From Spongospora subterranea f. sp. subterranea (Eukaryota), in the NCBI GenBank assembly GCA_049724395.1, contig JAUGWO010000097.1:62001-126000 (forward strand): DNA of 64,000 nt, in the 5' to 3' direction. Both the position numbers and the translations under genes were made by a program. This document shows, in pieces, positions 24,542-37,183 of the stretch. How positions within the stretch are numbered: the stretch's first letter is position 1; each line of letters opens with the position of its first letter. The notes beneath the pieces were generated by a model that was not told the origin of the DNA, searched no databases, and saw only the letters and a list, made by a program, of their open reading frames with translations.

Positions 24542-26417
24542 GTACTCACCGGTGGGAGAACAATTTTCACCTTTTCAACCAAAAATGCCGTGGATACACC
24601 AAACTCTACCAGAATACCCAAATTATGGGTTATTTGTACGTCCGCGGTGGAGATGCTCTTAAGGTGAAAATTGTTCTCCCACCGCTGAGTACCTATACCC
24701 ATAATTTGGGTCGAATTTGTCCCTCCAGATGGGTATACCGTAGACCACGTAATAAACCCACAGATTTTTGCTCCATGTGGCGCAATTGCGTAGTCTTAAA
24801 ACCGGAGATAGATAGTGTCAGTTTTCCATTTTTTTTTATCAAATTCATGTCAAATTGAGCCGAGCGGTCGATTCCGCCATATGCTTATATACTGTTTGCT
24901 CCTGGAGCGATTCCAGGAGACGTTCAAATCGGCTCTGGTCCTCACTCCACGGATCTTGGCCACATACGGCGAAGGCGTCCGCTATCCAACGCCGGGTTCT
25001 GTTTCTCGCATTTATGTCGTCAAAGGCTGCCTCGATCATACCGATTAAGTTCTTTCGTGGAACGGAAAATACTGCCCCCGCAAGCTCTTTCGCTGACAGA
25101 TCTCCGATAGATAGCATTCTGAACTTGTAATATTCGGCCCTGATTTTTGCCTTGAGGGGCTTGTTAATTGCAATGTCGCAAATTTGGTGGATGGAATTCA
25201 TTCCCTCTCCAACGTATTCAATAAAGATTTTCCCCCGCGATGCAGATGCATGATTAGAACGAAGCCAATCATCTATGATCTTTCCGTAGCGTTGCTCGAT
25301 CTACTATTAACAGGGTTCGCTGACTAGGAAACATCTTCAACAGCCATTCCAGGTAGAGAACAAAAATATATTGTGTCATACAATGTGTTGGATTAAACAG
25401 AACTGTCGATCTGACATAATGTTTCCATTGGTGCATGAGAGTTGATCCAGAACCTCCACTATCAATGATGAATGCTGGTAGCAGCTGCGACGATAGTAGT
25501 GAGGCTGTGACCGCCAACGTGACTCCCTTTTTCTCATTTTGCACCGGAACAAGATTCCCAACGCGCTTAGTTCCCTTTGGAACAAGTACACGCTCCGACG
25601 CAGAGTAATACAGTATAAACGACTCATCCATGTTGAAGACATTTTCACATTGCAGGTCTTTCGCAGCCGCGCAGATCTTAGCCGATGATGCACGAGCGAT
25701 AGAGATCCAATCTGATGGAACCTTCTGAGAGATGGATCCTGCCCGGTCCGCATAATTAATTCGTTTGAGCAGCCTTGTCAGCCAGGTCCGAAGGTGTTTG
25801 GCGTCATGCAGCAATTTCTGGAAGCTTTCATTATTGCATCCACTCCAACGAATAACGGTTGCTGCACAAGCTTCCTCACGCGTCATGGGTTTTCCTCGCT
25901 GGAAACGTGAAACCACAAGGTCTTCCAACCAATCACGCTGTTCCTCATAACGAGTAGGCGGTCCCAGTTTGCTTTGCAACCCTGCGTTTGGGATTCTGCA
26001 CGTATTTCTCTTGACATACATGACATCCTTATTCTTGTGTGATAAAGTTGAAGCCCTTTGACAAGACACGACGCCATTGTTCAATAATAAAGTCAGTTGC
26101 TGCTGTTGGTTGCAAGCGAAAAGGTCCGCCTTAGCCTGGTACTCAGAGAGCAATTTCTTTGGAACTTTACTGTCGCCTGCACCATTCCTGAAAATTGATC
26201 GTTTTGCCTTTGGTACGAATTTCAAAATATCATCCTTTGTGACAGCGCTCACTATGTCGATCCACTTATAGATCTTCTCTTTGCGAAGCCAGTCTCTGCA
26301 TGTCTCAGGTTTTACAAGATGTCCGAAAACAGAAGTGAGATCATCAAAATCGGTCCGTCCTAACTGAGGATGCAGGAAGAACCCGATAATCATTGATCTG
26401 GCAGGCCATGTAGACAT
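24542..26417 (-). mobile_element. pogo/Tigger-type Tc1-mariner superfamily transposon, 5'-truncated and disrupted
   Basis: CENP-B-like HTH region (RGKPMTREE..WLTRLLKR) and DDE_1 motifs VFNMDES, LLIVDRA, ICDIAINKPLK. Frameshift near 25260. Subterminal inverted repeats at 24542-24710. Confidence 0.85.
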
Positions 26418-26419
26418 GC

Positions 26420-27079
26420 GGGGGAGTTGGTCACTAAACCAGTTACAGTGACCAAGGAAATATATGCAGACATGCTCATCTCAAAGGTTCTGCGGGCGAT
26501 CCGAGACCAGTGGCCGCGTGAAATTCGTCCCATATTCCTTCAACAAGACAACGCTAAACCGCATTTATCAGTTGATGATCCAAGGTTTATCGAAGCAGCA
26601 AGCGCTGAGGGTTTCGACATTCGTCTGCGCTGTCAGCCGCCCAACAGCCCGGGCATGAATGTTCTAGACCTGGGGTTCTTCAGTGCCATACAGGCACTTC
26701 AACACCAAAATGCTAAAAAAAAATGTAGACGAGTTGATAGCTGCAGTGAACAACGCGTTTGCCGAGCTGAATCTCAAAAAACTCAACTATGTTTTCCTAA
26801 CTCTGCAGCAATGCATGGTCTTAACAATGAAAGAAAGTGGGAGGATCAGCTACAAGCTGCCACACATGGGCAAAGAGATGTTGGAGCGCCCAGGAGAACT
26901 ACCATTGGTTATCGATGTCAATACGGAACTTGTCGAGAGCGTCAAAGCCCTAATTTCCACAAAATAAACCGCAAATATCTTCCCTTTGTTGCCATGATCC
27001 GTTAAAACTGCTTCCTACACCCTGTTTCATTGTTAAAACCACACGTCTCTGCTGTCACCACCAAATGGGACAGAGGGAG
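26420..27079 (+). mobile_element. DD39D mariner-like element, 3' half with right TIR
   Basis: IFLQQDNAKPH...QPPNSPGMNVLDLGFF with exactly 39 residues between the two Asp. Frameshift in an A-run at ~26715. Ends GGGACAGAGGGAG followed by TA (27080-27081), i.e. TIR CTCCCTCTGTCCC. Confidence 0.9.
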
Positions 27080-27192
27080 TACTATATACAGTTTAGTGCA
27101 CGTTCGACAGTGGGGTTGCGCCTCCCAACCTACACCACAGTCGTCAATCGTTTGTTATTTCTTCAATCGTTGTGATTGTCATTAGTTGAGCC

Positions 27193-27758
27193 ATGAAGGG
27201 TGCAATTATGTTTATGATCAAGGCCTTTTCGCCCAGCAAACCGTCTCCCCCTGTCTCTATGGGCATGCGTATCTGCAATATATCAGTAGCCACGGTTGCT
27301 GTAGCAGCAGCCTTCTGTATGAATTAACGATTTCTTTTCGAATCATTATAAACTCACTTATATCCTGTTTAGACATATTCATTGCTGTGCATAAGTTTCC
27401 CATTATTGATGAACATGTCATTGCCGCGCTTGTTGCAATAATCAGCATTGCCTTTTTATCTGAAGCATTCAAGCATCTAACATACGAAGCCCAATTATCT
27501 CGTACACAAGAATCGCGTGATTTTTTCTCGAAATTGCGAGGATTCTCTTTCAAAAAAGCAGAATATTCACAAAATCAAGTCGACAGAAATATTCATCGTG
27601 TTTCTGTTTCGATATCCCACTTCCAAGGCCTTACTCTTTTTTTCCTCATGTTCATCTTCTTATCGCTACGCCTAACTCCCAAGTTTCCACTAGAAACCAG
27701 CTTTGCAGCGTCAATTTTCTGTTCTGCATTTCTGCCATGGCTTGCTGCTGGGCAATAA
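27193..27758 (+). CDS. SSR3: Translocon-associated protein gamma (TRAP-gamma)-like 4-TM protein
   Basis: One 56-nt intron (27317-27372). Two TM, a charged loop, then two TM; YIFIAVHKF..FLSEAFKHL and SVSISHFQGLTLFFLMFIFLS..F.....FAASIF align by eye with TRAP-gamma. Confidence 0.6.
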
Positions 27759-27863
27759 ATTAACGTATAGTTCCCTCACATCACCGTTTTTCAGTGTTTC
27801 TTATTCCGTATTTAATTTTGTTTCGAAAAGATTTCCTGACAGATTTGGGAACAGAACGCGTGA

Positions 27864-28760
27864 TCACCCTCTAGTTGTGCATCTCGACGATAGAACGCCT
27901 ATATGGAACTCAGAATGAATGCAAGCATCGCTTATGATCATGTATCGACCACCATCTACCTTGAAACACGTTGATGAATGGCATGAGATTCGATTTTCTT
28001 CGAAATATTGCGACGAGCACGATTGGTTGCAAAATCGGTGTTTGACAAGGGGATCAAGGAATGATTGATCTGCAAATATGATCGCATAACAATGATAACA
28101 ACTGCATCGTGCCCGCGATTCCGTAGGCATCTCCATGGAGTTTGTTTGCGTGGATTCGATCTCAAACAACTCGTTTGTTTCAAGGTTTCGCCGGCTCTCC
28201 AACCACGCGTTGCGAGCTTCCTGAAAGGGTCGCGGGTCCTCAATCATATCGGATCCGTAGCTACGCTCGGAAGGTTGTGCTGCAATTCCATCGTGGATGT
28301 CCTCTAATGAGCTCGCATTTCCTGCTTTGCTGCTTTTGTTTGTGGTCCCGTTCTCATGGATTGTCAGACCACCGAACCTCACGCTAGGATCGGGCTTACC
28401 CTTACGTCGATCATTGCCTACAACATTGTTTGGCCGACCGGGGATTCTCCGGCTACCTGGCTTCATTTGTCTAATTCCAACAGGTTTAGTTTGCTCCGAT
28501 TTTGCTAAAATTGCTGCTGCAAATTTCCTGATCGACTGCGGTCGAGAATTCTCCCAGAGACAGCCTTTGTTCTTGGATAAGATGCTTTCATATTTCAGTC
28601 GCGCCTCTTGTTGAGTCTGTTTAATCTTTGCCAAACGATTCTCCATTTCCAACATCTCCCGCCGAAGAATATCCGAAGGATGAGATGATTTTGACGGCAA
28701 CGATCCATTCCTGGATACGTTCATTGGCGTCAAACGCTGATTTGCACTTTCAACCATCAT
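27864..28760 (-). CDS. Hypothetical protein: coiled coil plus C-terminal FCS/MYM-like zinc finger
   Basis: Long intronless ORF containing CYHC..RFCNQSC..YF and further Cys/His residues at the C-terminus. Confidence 0.7.
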   Translation of the reverse strand: MMVESANQRLTPMNVSRNGSLPSKSSHPSDILRREMLEMENRLAKIKQTQQEARLKYESILSKNKGCLWENSRPQSIRKFAAAILAKSEQTKPVGIRQMKPGSRRIPGRPNNVVGNDRRKGKPDPSVRFGGLTIHENGTTNKSSKAGNASSLEDIHDGIAAQPSERSYGSDMIEDPRPFQEARNAWLESRRNLETNELFEIESTQTNSMEMPTESRARCSCYHCYAIIFADQSFLDPLVKHRFCNQSCSSQYFEENRISCHSSTCFKVDGGRYMIISDACIHSEFHIGVLSSRCTTRG

Positions 28761-29834
28761 CCTGTGATGAGAAGCCAGAGCACTAGATCGCAAAGCCTAG
28801 AACATGGCGAAACTTTTGACATCTGCGATCTGAATCTATACTGCATCCCGTGGGCAATTCAATGCCCAGTTTCGTTTGATTTGTTTTCCATTGAAAGTTG
28901 AGTTTCAAAGACCTTTAGCGAGCGGAGATCTCGGTGGTGATCACCGAAACTGGGGCACTACGATCATTGTCAGGTTGTGCATGTGGAATAAATTGGTGAG
29001 GTTCATTGTAGGAAAGTGGCGGTAATCATTCGTTTCTCCATTGACATAAATCGAAAACTGCAAGAAAAACATCAGAACATCAGGCTGGCCCTTTGCTGGT
29101 ATAACGGTGAAATCAACCAGGGTTTTAACCATCCAGATTAGGGAGATTTCGTTTTTTTTCTTGTGGAGACAGCAAATATGGTCACACTCTTTCTAGCAGT
29201 AAAGGGTAGTCGACAAACAATGGTGAACCTGCAATATTGTCAAAAATTGATAACGTGGCCATTTTGACTTTTGTTTTGAACATTGACAGAGGACTGCACA
29301 CAAGTAGGAAGAATCTATTCCAACGACATGATATGATTCATGTTCAGTGAAACCTGCTTGGCCATAATTGCTGTCAAAGCGCAACTCTGGATGCCTTGTG
29401 CTATTGGGAAACACAAAAACGGAATCTGTTTTCAGACGAAGGAAGGCTCACGCCTCGTCGTGAGAAACACCTTTTTGATTAAATATTGTGAGAGCACAGA
29501 AAATTCGAACATCACATCGTTTGGTTTACAGACTGTGCCCTGCTGGCCAAGGGAAGATGTCCTGCTGAGCGAATGACAAAGCGCTCAATAAGTTGTTCGG
29601 GACCTCACTGTTGGATCTCTATTCTAAGGGAAACAATCGATCAGATGCTTAAGAGTTTCAGTGACTCGACATTCATGATGTGATGGTCAATTGTGCCCTG
29701 TTTTTATCGTGGTGCACACGATCGTTCTGTTGGAAAGTGTGTCTGTTGCCGGATTCCTATCAACGTGGTTTTTCCTTCTAATGACCAGAATACTGACCCA
29801 TTTTCTTCAGCAACAACATCGTTGGGTCTTTATT

Positions 29835-30116
29835 TTATTGTTGCCAAGTTCGCGCTCGCCTGTTTTCCCTCCGTCTTTGGCGTCTGTATTTGGCGAACTC
29901 CCTCCATTGAACGACAACGAGCTTCCGAGTGGATCGAGTACGTCTCATCCATTGAGCGATTTCGTACTTGGAATGTGCTTTGTCTATTGTTGAGCAGACA
30001 CCATGTAGAGGGAAGGCGCAGGGGTCTCCCCAATCGTTTGCAAACTCGGCCACAATCGCGATCATCTCGTCCGGTAGTTGGTCAATCATGTTTGAGATCA
30101 ATACAATAATGACCAA
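29835..30116 (-). CDS. Possible F-box-like protein fragment
   Basis: IDQLPDEMIAIVAEFA resembles the F-box start LPxE(L/I)xxxI. The downstream structure is unresolved. Confidence 0.25.
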   Translation of the reverse strand: MVIIVLISNMIDQLPDEMIAIVAEFANDWGDPCAFPLHGVCSTIDKAHSKYEIAQWMRRTRSTRKLVVVQWREFAKYRRQRRRENRRARTWQQ

Positions 30117-30487
30117 CCAGATACGAATTCTGCCCTGTAATTGTTAACTCAAGCAAACGGCCGACCCATGACCCATGAGATGGTCGGTCGACATTCAACG
30201 ACTCACTTGGCTGACCTGTTTGACCGAGTACGTTCCTCTAACGAATGTGTGACACATGTTTTATGTAGCCCTAATATTGTTTATGGTGGTAATTGTTCAA
30301 CAACCGTATCCGGTTAACGTCATTGTGCAATCACATCATTTGAGTCCAACACTTGATCAAACACAGTACATATATCGAAATGGAAACTGTGACTTCTTCC
30401 AGCTTGCCTATATTAATGTCATGGTGTTGTTAATCTCCTATAAATTTGTCTTGGTCTTTGATATTCAATTTTGATTCTTGGGTTTGG

Positions 30488-30833
30488 ATGGTGTGTTTGG
30501 TTGCCCGTTTTTCAGGTTTTGGAGCCAGCGATTCGTGGGTGAAAACCGCATTGGTACAAGCATCATCATATTCCTGAACGCCTCGTTCTATCTCGACGAC
30601 AGCCTTCAAGAGCAGCTATTGTGAGTCTCGCGGGCAGCTTGGGATTTCGGCAAGGACCCTCGTCGGCTTGTTGGGGTGAATGGGCCAATAATGGGGCTGC
30701 CATCGAAAGGGAGAACGAATTGTTCCGGTTTCGTCCTATTCATACCCTATCCCGAGTGAGTTATCGAATAGCCGGTTTTTCGCCCCCGAAACCTTGGTTT
30801 CAAAACCCGAAAAATGGCAGCCAAACATACCAT
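30488..30833. mobile_element. MITE-like element with ~65-bp imperfect terminal inverted repeats
   Basis: atggtgtgtttggttgcccgtttttcaggttttgg..gaaaaccg pairs with cggttttt..caaaacccgaaaaatggcagccaaacataccat. The GGTGTGTTTGG end resembles Tourist/Harbinger MITE ends. No clear TSD. Confidence 0.6.
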
Positions 30834-30869
30834 GTTCAAAAAATTATCCGAGTTCACCCAAAACCCGAC

Positions 30870-31600
30870 TTTTGACTGACATCCTTCTGTCTCAAATCAT
30901 CACCTAAAATATACTCCAATATCTCAATGTTGAAAATTGACTTCATTGGTTCTGTAAATTGGGCAAAAGGACGTTTTACAGGGTATCTTGTGCAATGTGG
31001 ATTTAAGGAGCTGGAGGAATTGGCATTGGGATTGATCGCCGCCCGTGGGCCGACTGCTCTTGTCGAGTTGTCGTTTATTAAAAATAACAATGGGGATAGA
31101 TGCTATATTTTTTACGCCCGTTGCAACCCAACCTCAGTTTGTCAGAAATGACCGCTCAGGCTGCAAACAGGCGACCTTACCGCCAACCCTATCTCGTGTT
31201 TGGATACCTTTCCAATGATGACGTTCAAGGGCAATCTATTTCAATCTGCACCTTTCACCCACAGTTTTGTTCTAATTTTTCAACACCGGTTTTTCCGGTT
31301 ATTCCGTTAAAGCTCTGTCGTCTGGTTAGGCCAGAAGAGCTGCCAAAAGCTCTGGTTTCACTTCCATGCTCTTTCTGGCCAGTCTCGCCCTCTCGTTTCC
31401 GGTTAACCGCATTACCAGTTGGAAGAAGCGACATTTAGAACGGGGACCGGGCGCCAGCTCCAATTCACCCAGAGGTCAATAATTCACACGAGGTTGTTGA
31501 AACAGCGGTTTGCTGGCGCATGTGTCGGTCGGTGGGCGACGATTTCAAACGCGCGTCATTCGTCCCTTCTGATCCTCGAATTTGCAAGCCGTTTACCACT
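30870..31600 (-). pseudogene. Highly decayed IS5/Harbinger-type transposase trace
   Basis: Fragmentary motifs in the expected order across frames: NRCFNNLV*II, RLPLNVIIG..SKHE, SDKLR..IASIP, RYPVKRPFA. Confidence 0.3.
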
Positions 31601-32137
31601 GGCAACACGAAAGGAAATCTGTTCCCCGATGAGAGAGCTCACGTTAAAACATGTTTCTGGATGAAATCATTCATTGTTTCTGCGTTTGGCGTTTGAAACT
31701 AAGGAACTTCTTCTTTTGTGTTATAACTTGCTTCGAAATCGCTTTGGTATATTTGAAAAATTTTGCTCTATCGCTACCGGTAATGTCCACTCCACTGTGT
31801 TGACCAGAGACCTTGGATTGGGGACCGGACTGCTATCTCGGCAATACCTGGCGAGCTCGTACATACCCGGGATCGGATCGTCGCGAAAACTGTCAATCAT
31901 GACGGAACGCGATTGTGGTCCCCAATTATCATCAGTCTGTGGAAAAACAATGGACAGAAGATCATGTTCAATTTGTTGTTTCTGTGTTTTGAGGTTTCCC
32001 TTCATTGGTCAAACATGAACTTTGACACGGTGACCATATATACACGACACAGTCATATGATCGTTACATTTGGCCAAGTTCGTTGGGCACGTTGAGATTG
32101 CCGAAACAAATGCCTGCCACCCAGATCACCAAAGAAC

Positions 32138-32332
32138 ATGGTAAGACCAATTATATCGCATGAAATCGCTGAAGGATTACTTGGGCTTACTCGATCTGCA
32201 GAATTCGCATATAAGCAGCTTTGTCGGTCGGTGGGTGCCGATATCAAGGACCCGGCACTTGTGTCGATTATGCGCTTGCTAGAAATGAGGGTATCTCCTA
32301 ATGCAATTGTATCTATCTTGCGATCTACCTAG
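32138..32332 (+). CDS. MOZART-family (MZT2-like) gamma-tubulin complex micro-protein
   Basis: 64-aa ATG ORF. EFAYKQLCRSVGADIKDPALVSIMRLLEMRVSPNAIVSILRS parallels the three-helix MZT motif (L...G..I......I..LL...V.P.A....L.S). Confidence 0.6.
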   Translation: MVRPIISHEIAEGLLGLTRSAEFAYKQLCRSVGADIKDPALVSIMRLLEMRVSPNAIVSILRST

Positions 32333-33344
32333 TAATGTTGTTTGATTTTTTTCTTCCTTCTTGTACCGATTTTCATGGGTGTCTATAGCGAAAATTCACA
32401 TTCACGAAATTAAACTATCGAGTCCCATAAAGAGTGAATGACCAACATCGGGACCTTCAATACCTGTTCGTCATCAATACACTAACAATAATGTTCATAC
32501 AGTATTTAACGTATTCCTGCCTTCAACCAATCATGGATTGACCAGAAATACATGTCCCAACACTTCGCGACGTTTCCTAGCTTTTCGATCTACGAATATA
32601 ATTCGAATTCCGAGATCCGGATACAATCAACACTCTACGCCCTCTATCCTGGGTTTGAATTTGCCCATGATGCCTGCAATGTCATTCAATTTTCACTTTT
32701 TTACCGCCGATTAACTACTTATGATAATGTGACCCTTGCAAGTAGTGTCAGGTTTATCAACGGAATCAGCCCATCTTGTCCCAAACCCAGTCCGATTACT
32801 CGTCATCCCTGTCCCCGGAATGCAGATTGGTTCATGGCAGCGCTTCGGATTCAGTTAAATCCTGCTGATGCTGGCGATTGTATATTGCTAGGATTTCAAG
32901 ATCGGTGATTGCCGTTCACCGTTATCAGATGACCCGATCAGACGGCAATCCCCATCGGAATTTTGACGTATCGGGCGCAACTCAAGCTGTTGGGTTGTTC
33001 ATGATCTAAATACCATCACTCGTGGCACATCAAGCCTCTGCAAGACCCTCTCCCACACACGTTATGACTAAAAATCAGCTTAGATAAGCATCATTAACTT
33101 CATGGACCCCGATAAAGTGTCAAATAATGTCGGTAAATAAATATGGTGAATACACGCCATCTTTCTCGGGGAAAACTTCCTCATTGTGGCCCGTTTCGAC
33201 TCATTCCAAGAATGCTGCGCCTAGAAAACTGGTCTGGAACTTGTGTCAGGATCATGATGCCCGAATCGATATCACCCAACGTCCATGGCGACTGTTTTTT
33301 TGCTGTTTATCATGTGTTGTATCGATTCTCTGGTATACGATCCA

Positions 33345-33770
33345 TCATAATGGCAGCTTGGCGTCGGAAATGATTCCCTCCTCGTCCTCATCAGCCGTCG
33401 TGTTCCCCGATGGATGCCGCCCGGACGGCGCTGCTGGTTTCCCAACGGGTTTCGTGGCGAACGAGTAGTGATCAGCGGTGTCGACCTCGGTCAGCGCCAA
33501 TGTCTCGGCCGTTGGATCGTGCGAGTAATCCCTGGGTTGGCCACAGGTTCGTTTGGGCGGCGATATTCTATCATCCGCTTCCGATATTCCGAATATTTCA
33601 CTGTCGTCAACGTTGACACGCCCCTTTCCTACTCTGGAGTATGTGCTGGCCCCTGATTGGTCGGCCCCAGACGGCCCGATCGGCGTATTGCGATCGTGTG
33701 CATATCCAACACATGCCCCGTTCTGGTGGCCGGTTCGGCCATGGGACGTTGGCTTCATTGAACGGCTCAT
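33345..33770 (-). CDS. Hypothetical low-complexity protein (possibly first exon of a gene extending toward ~32600)
   Basis: 141-codon ATG ORF, hydrophilic, with no recognisable domain. Confidence 0.3.
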   Translation of the reverse strand: MSRSMKPTSHGRTGHQNGACVGYAHDRNTPIGPSGADQSGASTYSRVGKGRVNVDDSEIFGISEADDRISPPKRTCGQPRDYSHDPTAETLALTEVDTADHYSFATKPVGKPAAPSGRHPSGNTTADEDEEGIISDAKLPL

Positions 33771-33959
33771 GATCGATCAATGGTCCAGGAGCGTTGATCT
33801 GGTCAATGAGCCAGCCGCGTGCCGCCATCTTCACAGACAGATTAATCTGGAACAGCGAATGACCAGGGTTTTATGGGGGAAATGGCTCAAATTAATTGGC
33901 GAAGCGCTCGACATGCCTATATTATGATTGTCTAGATCTCATCGACAGAAATGATTCTT

Positions 33960-34966
33960 TCAGCCGTGATCGACAGGATTCAGAGTATTTTCAGACCCTA
34001 CTGGATGACCGGCCGCTGACACCTGACCGGGCAGTGCTCCGTCGTTATCGTCAATCTGCATAGGTTTCTTGTCGTCATTGGCCGTCTTTGACGCCGCCAT
34101 CTCCCTTTCTGCTCGCATCGCGACGACTCGCTCCATTTGCTCCGTCTTCTTTCGCGTTTCGGTCTCGATCCATTGACGCGAATCGATCTCCGTCCGTTGA
34201 TGCAACGAATCGAATTCCTGCAGGATGCAGGATTTCAGCCAGTCGACACCTAGCACGATCTGTTGATCAGGAAGCGCCGAAGCAGGCGATGGACTAGTGT
34301 CTGAATCAGGTTTGGCATACGCTCTAAACGACAACAAATGAGAATCTGGCAGTCGTTGGCCATAAACCATGATCGTACACGCAACTCAATACCCGGTAAT
34401 GATCGCTGGGGATCGGTGAGAGATCGAGCCGTTGGCTGATCTCGTCAATCGATAGGGCACCGGGCAGATCCTGCTTATTCGCCAAGCTGTCAAGGGATTA
34501 GCAGCAAGGTTGGCATTGGTTATCGAGTTCACCAACATGAGGATCGGCTTGCCGATAATTAACGGGTTCTGAATCACAGAGCCCAAGGCGGTTGACGCAT
34601 CGGATATTCGGTCGTCGGCAGAGGCATCGATTACGAACACAAGACCGTGCAGCTGAATTCACACGCCAGATAGAATTCAGAGACGATTGACTGGGGATTC
34701 ATTTCTGGGTATCGGCTGACCTCGTGGAAGTAATTGGGCCAATATTGCCTAATGGACGCGCCACCGCCAAGATCGTAAACCGTCAGTTTAACATGGCCAG
34801 AATCGACCTGGACGTTGGAGAATCCCACTGTGGGCGTGACCATTCGATGGCGGTCCCCAGTGATGTTGTTGACGACTGTGGATTTCCCAGCGTTGTCCAG
34901 GCCCAAGACGGCCAGTTTGATGTTGGGACGGGATTTCGGGCGACAACACGACACAGTACAGCCCAT
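33960..34966 (-). CDS. ARL13: Ciliary Arf-like GTPase ARL13
   Basis: GLDNAGKST, PTVGF, the diagnostic DLGGG (Gly in place of the catalytic Gln), LANKQD, N-terminal CC palmitoylation site and a C-terminal coiled coil. Three introns. Confidence 0.92.
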
Positions 34967-35954
34967 GATTGTTGTTTGGCAATTCCCTTGTGATCATGAT
35001 CCTCTCCACCACCCTCGTCACACACATTATTGAGGATCGTCACCGCTTTCACCAAGATCGTTTAGCGCCACACTCATCGATTTACATATCAAACGTCAGT
35101 TAGATTCGCTTAACCTAATCGAAAACAGATTTTCGAGAATATACGATGTGACACCGTTAATATGCACACAAAAAAGTGTTTATTGCTATACAGAGTTGGA
35201 AAGGTGGTGCTACAGCAACTCCCATAACAATGACGTCCGTCTGGAACAAGGTTGCATTGACGCCCTCAGAATGCAAAGGGGCGAGGTGGCTATCGCCCCA
35301 GTGGTCCCGACAGCAGTAGATATATCCTCAGACAGCGAATAAACGCCATTTATCCCGAATTATGAGGGCACAGGCTGGGTTCACAGCCTGTGTTTTATCC
35401 CCCATCCTAGACAAAAATAGCATCATCATTGGATCATATCGTTTCGCCGAGAATTGGAGATTGAAGTGGTGTGCTGTTATTGGGGAACTGAGAGCCTCTA
35501 GAGAATAGGGTGTCGATCATGGCAATAGCTACGACTCATTAAAACAGATTAAAACCATCATCGGCTCAAGTCGCTCCAATCTAGACCCATTCCAATCTCC
35601 AACTCACTATTGGAGATCAACGCGTTCGCACGACTGCTGATCTAATTGAACAATGATCCAGCCGAGATCGAACCGGAGTTAACCCGTGGCGGACTGCGCT
35701 GCGGACAAACACCTGATATCAGGGGCACCGACATATACAGCAATCGATAGGTGAGAATTGAGAAAGCGCGTCGATTAATAAGTCTAATTTCTTCTTCTTG
35801 GTCAAAAGACGATATAAAAACAGTTTGAAGGCGCGCGCCTGATTGTTTCTGGAAGAATCTAGATGGGGCTGCGATATCAGTGGTTATATAGGTGGTCGTT
35901 CACATAGCGATCATAATTACAATGGTGCAGTCCTGTACCTGATGAGGAGATCGT

Positions 35955-36751
35955 ATGGGGACAGTAAGACACACCCGCAACCAGCGCCTCCACACAAAAC
36001 CGCAGATATTGATTTCCGCTCAGGCTCAGTCGAAATCGTCGTTGATTATCTGGCAAAGCGATCAATCTCCCGTGTGTTCTCTTTGCCATGAGCGATTCGG
36101 GTTCGTCAACCGGCGGCATCATTGCCGATCCTGCGGGAGGCTCGTGTGCTCACCGTGTAGTCCCTATACCGATATTCTATGGCAATACGGTCTTGATGAC
36201 GACTATTCATACCGAATTTGCGATGAATGTGCCAGCAAAAGCGTAAACAACGGCGCTGGCCACACAAAAGAGATTTGTTGTTGACGGGTTTGGCACAGAT
36301 AACGGTACTATCGCTTGAAAGAAACTCGTATGCGTTTACATTGGACGCCCCATTTATTGATGATAGCGATGATGGGCTGGATAAACTGCAGCAAGGGGCG
36401 GCAATCCTTTGCGATCTGGATAAATACCCGGCATTCAATCCCTATCTACGACCATACTTTATACAATGCTTTGAGAAAACGTTCTTTCGGGTTGTGAATC
36501 AGCTTGTGGTCAGAGAAGAAGCGTCCGAGCGGCTTCATCAGTTATGGGCGGTTTGCAGGAAGCATTCCGAAATTTGCGATATTCCAGTAGAACAGCAGCC
36601 AGTTCTTTCGCTGTCCTCCACATCTGCGTTGAATGGAAAAAATGGACCTGCCGTTTCTGCAATTTCATCACCGGATCGCAAAAGGGATGTCAAAAGAAGA
36701 GTACAGTTCGCATTGGATGGAGGTCCTCAAGACGGTCCTGCTCATACCTAA
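35955..36751 (+). CDS. FYVE zinc-finger protein (5' exons unresolved)
   Basis: WQSD..CSLC..FGFVNRRHHCRSCGRLVCSPC..RICDEC. Continues into ORF 36227-36751 through an apparent frameshift near 36265. Confidence 0.85.
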
Positions 36752-37183
36752 ATATCAAGTTAAACGATAAATATAAAACTCATCAACATATCGTAATTCA
36801 GAGAGACGAGCAGGTGTAGATTTCAATAGATGACTGGAATCTGCCCGGATCATTCATCCCAATGGTGATTGTCGGCAGGCAGACAGTGAACCCCTGCCGT
36901 GTACGGCACGGGGCGATGCAAATGGCGCCAAAACGAAATCAAATAGTGCGCCGGTGAGCACGCAGTTATATCGCCTATCGTAACGTTTGGTGGGTACCGC
37001 TCCCCCGTCGTGACGTTTCGGTTGGGGTGTTCTCCCTCGGTCCCTACTGTCTCTCTCTCTCTCTCTCGTCTCCACTGTCTCTCTCATCCTCTCCGTCTCT
37101 GTCTGTTCGGCTCGGCCCCCCCCCCTGGCCCTGTCCGACAACACCTCAGTATCGGGGGACAGTAGTTTAGAACGCGCGTGGCG

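Noticed and set aside
36924..36933. E2F-like site GGCGCCAAAA upstream of TPX2
   Set aside because: A single short match that cannot be distinguished from chance without conservation data.
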